NCBI GenBank assembly: GCA_964016885.1
Contig: OZ024740.1
Location: 439,208,001-439,272,000, forward strand
Direction of reading: 5' to 3'
From: Eledone cirrhosa
Lineage: Eukaryota
DNA: 64,000 nucleotides
Shown: positions 36,902 to 47,100 of the stretch, piece after piece
Numbering within the stretch: the first letter of the stretch is position 1
How the letters are laid out: every line of letters starts with the position of its first letter
Notes under the pieces: generated by a model
Database searches by the model: none
What the model was told of the DNA's origin: nothing
Seen by the model: only the letters and a program-made list of their open reading frames with translations
Program-made: the position numbers and the translations under genes

Positions 36902-36944
36902 ACGATGCTGACGATAGCTAATAAGCTTGAAACTAGTACATCGT
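36902..36944 (+). ncRNA. Minimal type-I hammerhead ribozyme (identical tandem copy)
   Basis: Same 43-nt sequence as 36454-36496. Confidence 0.75.
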
Positions 36945-37146
36945 TTCTTTGTTAGTGTTGAACAAAATGGTGACGTGGTTGCCTAAACACTGTACGGCGT
37001 AATTCGGGCTGTTTGTTAGTTTACAAACAAACAAACCGAGCATTATAATAAATGTTCGGTAAACCGATACGTGCATATATATATGTGTGCATGTATGTAT
37101 ATATATACATACTACTGTACGTCTGTATACATATATGTGTGTACGT

Positions 37147-37244
<98 letters not shown>

Positions 37245-37360
37245 TATGTGTGTGTGTGTGTGTGTTATATATATATTTATTATACACGCACACATATATA
37301 TATTTTCCTTTTTCAGTCTGGCCTACCATGTTTGAGCCCCCTATTGGCGATAGATAGATA

Positions 37361-38354
37361 TGTTTCTTTTATTTGCCACCAGGGCATCAAAAGTGGGACA
37401 AGTACAATGGGGGGAGTTTACAAAACAAGGCGTCCTCAATAAGGAGGAGGCAATAACAATATATAAAAATAAAATAAAATATAACAAAAAATAAAATTTA
37501 TAACAAAGTCCTCAATAGAGAGGAGGCGCCTTGGGGGGTCGCACACACCCCCGAAAAAAGTGTGCAACCCTTTTCCTCGGGAGCACAGAGAAGGGGTGCT
37601 TCCTTGGTCTTTCATCTTCCTCACCTATCGTCTGATGTAGAGTAAAGGCCCATTCACACGGGCCATTCTCGCCACTTTCACCCATCTTTCATAAAAACGG
37701 CTGGGGTGCAGCACCTCTCTCTCCATCCTGATCCTTCTTCCGAAATGATATCGGAAGAAACGGACCAGTTGTTGGCCAGAGAGAAAGGTGTCTGACCTCA
37801 GTCCTTTCAGACGCGTCCACCATACAACCTCTTTCGCCATGGCTATTACGCACAGAAACACCGCCTCTTCTTCGTTTTTGAAGAGGGGAGGCGGCTTTAT
37901 CGTTACAATAGACTCGGTGGTCAACCGGATCGGTCCCACCCTTGACAGCAGTTGTTCGACATAGCCCCACAGATCAGCAATGCCCGAGCAGTGTACCAAT
38001 GCGTGTGCAACGGTTTCCTCGTCGCACACGCATCTGGGACAGATCTTTTTCGAGGGGTCCCTACCCGGGCGCCCGTGTCTGTAGAGCCTTTCTCGAACAG
38101 GCAGAGCCCTTCCGTAGCATTGTCAGGCCAGGGACCTCTGGAAGTTATCCATGGGTCCCGGGCTGAATGTCCTACCGAACAGGTTGGCCAGTTCGTCTTC
38201 CTCCATGCCTAGGGCTTCTCCGAGGGCGTCGTCGCACCTGCTAACCACCAGCCCTCTATAGAATGACGAGGTGGATTCTCCACTGACAGCCGGGTCCGCC
38301 TGCCAGAGAGCCGTGATTGCCTGGGCACACTCAGTGTGCCAGGCGCCCAGTGGA
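37361..38354 (-). mobile_element. L1/Tx1-like LINE 3' fragment
   Basis: ALPVRE...C..CDEETVAHALVHC...W (zf-RVT/CCHC region), ORF ends at 37625; AATAAA at the 3' end; (GATA)n on both sides. Confidence 0.75.
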
Positions 38355-38442
38355 GATAGATAGATAGATCGATAGACGTATACCACACATTTCTTACTCT
38401 CTCTGTCCCTCCCTCTTTCTCTCTTCATTTATATATATATAT

Positions 38443-38644
38443 AGCAACAAGTATGACCCCGACGGCAGAGCTCAAGCCGTCAAGCCGTTTCGACGGCTAT
38501 TTCTGAGTCCAGAAATAGCCGTCGAAACGACTTGAGCTCTGCCGTCGGGGACATACTTGTTCCTATTACGCACTCCATTATCTTAAGTATTGAGTACTTT
38601 GGTGTGTTATGGTCCATCTGGTTCATTACCACAATTCCTTCGTT
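38443..38644 (+). mobile_element. Second copy of the hairpin-plus-tail element (see 7541)
   Basis: Same palindrome and tail; (TA)n flanks. Confidence 0.75.
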
Positions 38645-39439
38645 ATATATATATATATATATGTGGCGTTGTTATTTGGCGTTGTTGAAAAGAGCAATGG
38701 CCGTTGACCTAACAATAAAAACTGGAGGCAAAATTCTTTATGTACCAAAACCAAGGCACAGACATAAGTTTGTGTGTGTGTGTATGTATGTGTGTGTGCG
38801 TGCGTGTGCGTTTATGTGTGTGTATCTATCTACGTATATATATATATATATATATATATAAGGGATACAGATATGGCTTTCTCACTGTCACCAAGCTTCT
38901 CAATTCATTGCTTGCTACTAAGTATTTTATTTTGCTACGAGGTATTTTATTTTGCAAGGTACTATTTTCCCCCTGAGTTTGTGATTTCAGAGAAAGGTAA
39001 GAAATTCTTCATATTTTGCATCTTTTGTATTTTGACTTTACAGTTTCAATTGTAGAATTGTCTATCCACTCAAAACATTACAACAGCTAACAGTGAAATA
39101 TAGAATTTAAAAAAAAAAAGCTTTTTCAACTGAGATCAAATCTTTTTTTTTCGAAAAACACATAATTTAAAATAGCTTGCTTTTGTTTCGGACTGAAACT
39201 TTTTTTTCGTAAGAGTATTTTTTAAAGATTCTAACATAACTTAATTTGGCCCAGTTATCTATTGATATCAAAATTAGTAGTATATTGAAAAATGGAAAAA
39301 TAGGGTAGGGGGCGTTCGGTGATTTCGAGGGGCAAAAAGGGGCGTTTGGCCAAAATGGTTTGAGGACTTTTGGTTTAAGGGAAAGGCAATGGCCGATACA
39401 GCTTGGCACCAGTGACGTTGCAACCCATTTCTACAGCTG

Positions 39440-39498
39440 ATTAAAAAGTAGCAACGTGAAATAAAGTATCTTGCTCAAGGATACAAGGCAACTCCCGG
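39440..39498 (-). mobile_element. Partial SINE core, truncated by the satellite
   Basis: aagtatcttgctcaaggatacaa is the reverse complement of a ttgtgtccttgagcaagacactt-type SINE motif. Confidence 0.45.
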
Positions 39499-39870
39499 AC
39501 TCACTCACACCAGCCACGGCTAAGAAACCACATCTACCCATCTGAAACACACTCACCCCAGCCACGGCTAAGAAACCACATCTAGCCATCTGAAACACAC
39601 TCACCCCAACCAAGGCTAAGAAACCACAACTACCCATCTGAGACACACTCACCCCAGCCACGGCTAAGAAACCACATCTACCAAACTGAGACACGCTCAC
39701 CCCAGCCACGGCTAAGAAACCCCATCTACCCATCTGAGAAACACTCACCCCAGCCACGGCTAAGAAACCACATCTACCCATCTGAAACACACTCACCCCA
39801 GCCACGGCTAAGAAACCACATCTAGCCATCTTAGACACTCTCACCCCAGCCACAACTAAGAAACCACATC
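39499..39870. repeat. 48-bp satellite, short array (~8 units), CA-rich strand on +
   Basis: Unit cactcaccccagccacggctaagaaaccacatctagccatct(t/g)agaca. Confidence 0.95.
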
Positions 39871-41529
39871 ATCCCACCATTTGCTGCTTTTGATTCAACA
39901 ACAGAACTATGGCCTGATTACTGGTCAAGATTCTGCACGTTTGTGGCTGCTAACGCTGTACCCGAGCAACGCATGGCACAAGTGTTCCTGACTAATCAGA
40001 CGGCTGCTATCTACAAACAACTTGCAAATCTAGCTGCTCAACAAAATCCGCCTAAGGATATCAACAAGTTGACAATGGACGAAATTGTTGACTTCATGAA
40101 AGAACAGTTCGACCCAAAACTTTTCATTGTGAGAGAACGTTTCAAGTTCTGGAGTGACATGCAACGGAAGACAAGCGAAACTCTCCAGGAGCTGGCAGCA
40201 CGTATACGTCAGCATGCAGCTACCTGTGATTTTCCTACGATCACACATCCACAAGATAAAGCTCTAAGACAGAGATTTATATGTTCCGTCAATAATGAAG
40301 CTGTGTTGAAGGCTATTTTCAAGATCAAGGATACAGAACTAGATTTCGCCCGTGCTGTCCAAGTTGCCATCGGGACCGAAGACGCAGCAAAGGTTGCCAA
40401 GGAAACTGTTTACGATTCTAAAACCAAGCAAGTCTACAAGGTCCATCAGAACAAGAACAAGGGTCCTCGAAAGAACCATCAGCAGTCTTATTCCACAGAC
40501 CAGGAGATGTGCTACCGATGTGGAAAGGCCTACAAAGCGACAGACTGCCCCTTCAAAGAAGCCAAATGTCATATTTGTGACAGAAAGGGACATTTGCAAG
40601 CGGTGTGTAGAAAGAAACAACATCAGCAACGTAATCATCGCTTACAGAATTACGTGAAAAGAATCACGAAAGCTGAGCTAGTCAAGGCGATCCTTGGTGG
40701 AGTTCCCCACGATACTCATAGTTTGAATGTGCCAATAACAATCCAGAACATACTTTTCACAATGGAATTGGACACAGCTACTACAGGCAATTTTGTTTCC
40801 CTGTCAGTTTGGAAACAATTAGGAAAACCGAAGCTGCAAGATGTCAAACATCGGTTTGAATCTGCCAGCAAGCACGACCTGCCCGTTCTGGGAACTTTCA
40901 TGGGCCAAACCAAGGATCCAAAGACCGGTAAACGGAATTCGATACCCTACATCGTCACCAAGATCCCTGATCTTAATTTGCTGGGACGAAACGCTATCCA
41001 GACTCTGGGAATTTCCGTGGACAATGCTCTAGGATTGAAAAGCATAGACAGCCAGGCCAAGAGTGAGGGTGCAGAAGTGATGCATCCAAAGACCTCAAAT
41101 GAGCCCTATATTTCCATGTAACGAGATTGTCACAACATGTGTAATGAATTCCCAGATCTCTTCAAGCAAGAATTGGAATGTCTTAATGACTTCGAACTGG
41201 AAGTGAAGTTCAAGTCGGACGCGACACCGGTCTTTCACAAGGCACGCCCGGTCCCGTTTGCTTTTCGTGATAAATTGGCCAAAGGTTACGAAGAAGGCAT
41301 CGCCAAAGGAATCAGGAAGCCAGTACAGTTCAACGAATACGGAACGCCAGTGGTACCGATTCGTAAAGCACATACTTCAGGCAACCTGAAGACCAAACTA
41401 CGGATTTGTGGTAACTACTCTGTGGGAATTAGTGACCAACTTGCAGATCATCGCCATCCAATGCCACTCCCAGAGGAACTGATGCAGAAGCTCGGAGGTG
41501 GATTCGGATACACAAAGATTGATCTTGCT
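39871..41529 (+). pseudogene. Gypsy-type (Mag/K02A2.6-like) gag-pol fragment with no LTRs, one in-frame stop at 41119
   Basis: W..YW.RF gag start; ERFKF; knuckles CYRCGKAYKATDC and CHICDRKGHLQAVC; protease MELDTA...LLGRN; RT start ARPVPF, PVVPIRK, LRICGNY, YTKIDLA; then cut by the satellite. Confidence 0.9.
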
Positions 41530-44155
41530 GTGTCTCAGATGGCAAGATGTGGTTTCTTAGCCGTGGCTGGGGTGAGTGTGTCTCAGATGGCTAGATGTGG
41601 TTCCTTAACCGTGGCTGGGGTGAGTGTGTCTCAGATGGCTAGATGTGGTTTCTTAGCTGTGGCTGGGATGAGTGTGTCTCGGATGACTAGATTTGGTTTC
41701 TTAGCCGTGGTTAGGGTGAGTGTGTCTCAGATGGCTAGATGTGGTTTCTTGGCCGTGGCTGGGGTGAGTGTGTCTCAGATGGATAGATGTGGTTTCTTGG
41801 CCGTGGCTGGGGTATGTGTGTCTCAGATGGCAAGATGTGGTTTCTTAGCCGTGGCTGGGGTGAGTGTGTCTCGGATGACTAGATTTGGTTTCTTAGCCGT
41901 GGTTGGGGTGAGTGTGTCTAAGATGGCTAGATGTGGTTTCTTAGCCGTGGCTGGGGTGAGTGTGTCTCGGATGACTAGATTTGGTTTCTTAGCCGTGGTT
42001 GGGGTGAGTGTGTCTCAGATGGCTAGATTTGGTTTCTTAGCCGTGGTTGGGGTGAGTGTGTCTCAGATGGCTAGATGTGGTTTCTTAGCCGTGGCTGGGA
42101 TGAGTGTGTCTCAGATGGATAGATGTGGTTTCTTGGCCGTGGCTGGGGTATGTGTGTCTCAGATGGCAAGATGTGGTTTCTTAGCCGTGGCTGGGGTGAG
42201 TGTGTCTCAGATGGCTAGATGTGGTTCCTTAACCGTGGCTGGGGTGAGTGTGTCTCAGATGGCTGGATGTGGTTTCTTAGCCGTGGCTGGGATGAGTGTG
42301 TCTCAGATGGATAGATGTGGTTTCTTGGCCGTGGCTGGGGTATGTGTGTCTAAGATGTCTAGATGTGGTTTCTTAGCCGTGGATGGGGTGAGTGTGTCTA
42401 AGATGTCTAGATGTGGTTTCTTAGCTGTAGCTGGGGTGTGTGTGTCTAAGATGGCTAGATGTGGTTTCTTAGCCGTGGTTGGGGTGAGTGTGTCTAAGAT
42501 GGCTAGATGTGGTTTCTTAGCCGTGGCTGGGGTGAGTGCGTCTCAGATGGCTGGATGTGGTTTCTTAGCTGTAGCTGGGGTGTGTGTGTCTAAGATGGCT
42601 AGATGTGGTTTCTTAGCCGTGGCTGGGGTGAGTGCGTCTCAGATGGCTGGATGTGGTTTCTTAGCTGTAGCTGGGGTGAGTGTGTCTAAGATGGCTAGAT
42701 GTGGTTTCTTAGCCGTGGCTGGGGTGAGTGTGTCTAAGATGGCTGGATGTGGTTTCTTAGCTGTAGCTGGGGTGTGTGTGTCTAAGATGGCTAGATGTGG
42801 TTTCTTAGCCGTGGTTGGGGTGAGTGTGTCTAAGATGGCTAGATGTGGTTTCTTAGCCGTGGCTGGGGTGAGTGTGTCTAAGATGGCTGGATGTGGTTTC
42901 TTGGCCGTGGATGGGGTATGTGTGTCTAAGATGTCTAGATGTGGTTTCTTAGCTGTAGCTGGGGTGTGTGTGTCTAAGATGGCTAGATGTGGTTTCTTAG
43001 CCGTGGTTGGGGTGAGTGTGTCTAAGATGGCTAGATGTGGTTTCTTAGCTGTAGCTGGGGTGTGTGTGTCTAAGATGGCTAGATGTGGTTTCTTAGCTGT
43101 AGCTGGGGTGTGTGTGTCTAAGATGGCTAGATGTGGTTTCTTAGCTGTAGCTGGGGTGTGTGTGTCTAAGATGGCTAGATGTGGTTTCTTAGCTGTAGCT
43201 GGGGTGTGTGTGTCTAAGATGGCTAGATGTGGTTTCTTAGCCGTGGATGGGGTGAGTGTGTCTAAGATGTCTAGATGTGGTTTCTTAGCCGTGGCTGGGG
43301 TGAGTGTGTCTAAGATGGCTAGATGTGGTTTCTTAGCCGTGGCTGGGGTGAGTGTGTCTAAGATGGCTAGATGTGGTTTCTTAGCTGTAGCTGGGGTGTG
43401 TGTGTCTAAGATGGCTAGATGTGGTTTCTTAGCCGTGGATGGGGTGAGTGTGTCTAAGATGTCTAGATGTGGTTTCTTAGCCGTGGCTGGGGTGAGTGTG
43501 TCTAAGATGGCTAGATGTGGTTTCTTAGCTGTAGCTGGGGTGTGTGTGTCTAAGATGGCTAGATGTGGTTTCTTAGCCGTGGATGGGGTGAGTGTGTCTA
43601 AGATGGGTAGATGTGGTTTCTTAGCCGGGGCTGGGGTGAGTGTGTCTCAGATGGCTAGATGTGGTTTCTTAGCCGGGGCTGGGGTGAGTGTGTCTAAGAT
43701 GGGTAGATGTGGTTTCTTAGCTGTGGCTGGGGTGAGTGTGTCTCAGATGGCTAGATGTGGTTTCTTAGCCGTGGCTGGGGTGAGTGTGTCTAAGATGGGT
43801 AGATGTGGTTTCTTAGCCGGGGCTGGGGTGAGTGTGTCTAAGATGGCTAGATGTGGTGTCTTAGCCGTGGCTCGGGTGAGTGTGTCTCAGATGGGTAGAT
43901 GTCGTTTCTTAGCCATGGCTGGGGTGAGTGTGTCTAAGATGGCTAGATGTGGTTTCTTAGACGTGGCTGGGGTGAGTGTGTCTAAGATTGCTAGATGTGG
44001 TTTCTTAGACGTGGCTCGGGTGAGTGTGTCTAAGATGGCTAGATGTGGTTTCTTAGCCGTGGCTCGGGTGAGTGTGTCTAAGATGGATAGATGTGGTTTC
44101 TTAGCCGTGGCTGGGGTGAGTGTGTCTAAGATTGCTAGATGTGGTTTCTTAGACG
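41530..44155. repeat. 48-bp satellite, inverted block (~55 units), GT-rich strand on +
   Basis: Unit atggctagatgtggtttcttagccgtggctggggtgagtgtgtct(a/c)ag. Confidence 0.97.
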
Positions 44156-47100
44156 TAGCCATCTTAGACACACTCAACCCAGCCACGGCTAAGAAACCAC
44201 ATCTAGACATCTTAGACACACTCACCCCAGCCACAGCTAGGAAACCACATCTAGCCATCTTAGACACACTCACCCCAGCCACGGCTAAGAAACCACATCT
44301 AGACATCTTAGACACACTCACCCCAGCCACGGCTAAGAAACCACATCTAGACATCTGAGACACACTCACCCCAGCCACGGCTAAGAAACCACATCTAGCC
44401 ATCTGAGACACACTGACCCCAGCCACGGCTAAGAAACCACATCTAGCCATCTTAGACACACTTACCCCAGCCACAGCTAAGACACCACATCAAGCCATCT
44501 TAGACACACTCACACCAGCCACGGCTAAGAAATCACATCTAGCCATCTTAGACACACTCACCCCAGCCACGGCTAAGAAACCACATCTAGCCATCTTAGA
44601 CACACTCACCCCAGCCACGGCTAAGAAACCACATCTAGCCATCTTAGACACACTCACCACAGCCACGACTAAGAAACTACATCTAGCCATCTTAGACACA
44701 CTCACCCCAGCCACGGCTAAGAAACCACATCTAGCCATCTTAGACACACTGACCACAGCCACAGCTAAGAAACCAGATCTAGCCATCTTAGACACACTCA
44801 CCCCAGCCATGGCTAAGAAACCACATCTAGCCATCTTAGACACACTCACCCCAGCCATGGCTAAGAAACCACATCTAGCCATCTAAGACACACTCATCCC
44901 AGCCACAGCTAAGAAACCACATCTAGCCATCTTAGACACACTCACCCCAGCCACGGCTAAGAAACCACATCTAGCCATCTGAGACACACTGACCCCAGTC
45001 AGAGCTAAGAAAACACATCTAGAAATCTGAGACACACTCAGCCCAGCCACGGCTAAGAAACCACCTCTAGACATCTGAGACACACTCACCCCAGCCTCGG
45101 CTAAGAAACCACATCTAGCCATCTGAGACACAGTCACCGCAGCCACGGCTAAGAAACCACATCTAGCCATCATCTTAGACACACTCACCCCAGCCACGGC
45201 TAAGAAACCACATCTTCCCATCTTAGATACACTCACCCCAGCCGCGGCTAAGAAACCACATCTTCCCATCTTAGACACACTCACCCCAGCCGCGGCTAAG
45301 AAACCACATCTAGCCATCATCTTAGACACACTCACCCCAGCCACAGCTAAGAAACCACATCTACTTATCTCAGACACACTCACCCCAGCCACGGCTAAGA
45401 AATCACATCTAGCCATCTTAGACACACTCACCCCAGCCACGGCTAAGAAACCACATCTAGCCATCTGAGACACACTCACCCCAACCACGGCTAAGAAACA
45501 ACATCTAGCCATCATCTTAGACACACTCACAGCAGCCACGGCTAAGAAACCACATCTAGCCATCTGAGACACACTGACCCCAGCCACGGCTAAGAAACCA
45601 CATCTACCCATCGGAGACACACTCACCCCAGCCACGGCTAAGAAACCACATCTAGCCTTCATCTTAGACACACTCACCCCAGCCACGGCTAAGAAACCAC
45701 ATCTACCCATCGGAGACACACTCACCCCAGCCACGGCTAAGAAACCACATCTAGCCATCTGAGACACACTCACCACAGCCACGGCTAAGAAACCACATCT
45801 AGCCATCTTAGACACACTCACCCCAGCCACAGCTAAGAAACCACATCTACCCATCAGAGACACGCTCACCCCAGCCACAGCTAAGAAACCACATATACCC
45901 ATTTAAGACACACTCACCCCAGTCACGGCTAAGAAACCACATCTACCCATCTGAGACACACTCACCCCAGCCACGGCTAAGAAACCACATCTTCCCATCT
46001 TAGACACACTCACCCCAGCCACGGCTAAGAAACCACATCTAGCCATCATCTTAGACACACTCACCCCAGCCACGGCTAAGAAACCACATCTAGCCATCTG
46101 AGACACACTCACCCCAGCCACGGCTAGGAAACCACATCTTCCCATCTTATCACACACTCACCCCAGCCACGGCTAAGGAACCACATCTTCCCATCTTAGA
46201 CACACTCACACCAGCCACGGCTAAGAAACCACATCTAGCCATCATAGACACACTCACCCCAGCCACGGCTAAGAAACCACAACTAGCCACCTTAGACAGA
46301 CTCACCCCAGCCACAGCTAAGAAACCACATCTAGCCATCATCTTAGACACACTCACCCCAGCCACAGCTAAGAAACCACATCTAGCCATCTTAGACACAC
46401 TCACCCCAGCCACGGCTAAGAAACCACATCTAGCCATCTGAGACACACTCACCCCAGCCACGGCTAAGAAACCACATCTACCCATCTTCGACACACTCAC
46501 CCCAGCCACGGCTAAGAAACCACATCTAGCCATCTGAGACACACTCACCCCAGCCAAGGCTAAGAAACCACATCTAGCCATCTTAGACACACTCACCCCA
46601 GCCACAGCTAAGAAACCACACCTAGCCATCTGAGACACACTCACCCCAGCCAAGGCTAAGAAACAATATCTAGCCATCTGAGACACACTCACCACAGCCA
46701 CGGCTAGGAAGCAACATCTGCCCATCTGAGAAACACTCACCACAGCCACGGCTAAGAAACCACATCTAGCCATCATCTTAGACGCACTCACCCCAGCCAC
46801 GGCTAAGAAACCACATCTAGCCATCTGAGAAACACTCACCCCAGCCACAGCTAAGAAACCACATCTTCCCATCTTAGACACACTCACCCCAGCCACGGCT
46901 AAGAAACCACAACTAGCCATCTTAGACAGACTCACCCCAGCCACAGCTAAGAAACCACATCTAGCCATCATCTTAGACACACTCACCCCAGCCACGGCTA
47001 AGAAACCACATCTAGCCATCTGAGACACACTCACCCCAGCCACGGCTAAGAAACCACATCTACCCATCTTAGACACACTCACCCCAGCCACGGCTAAGAA

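Larger units (their letters stand above)
36203..37150 (+). mobile_element. PLE pseudo-LTR cluster: inverted partial copy plus two tandem copies (period 448 bp)
   Basis: 36203-36344 is the reverse complement of ~36707-36848; ~36343-36700 repeats as ~36792-37150. Confidence 0.85.

Noticed and set aside
442-39055. Many 60-230-aa ORFs rich in YI/HT/CV/RE/H/T/D runs
   Set aside because: They are translations of (TA)n, (CA)n, (TACA)n, (GA)n and trinucleotide microsatellites.
35280-39360. Clusters of ggggcgtt motifs at ~35.3 kb and ~39.3 kb as the two ends of a DNA transposon
   Set aside because: Same orientation, and no TIR or TSD could be identified.
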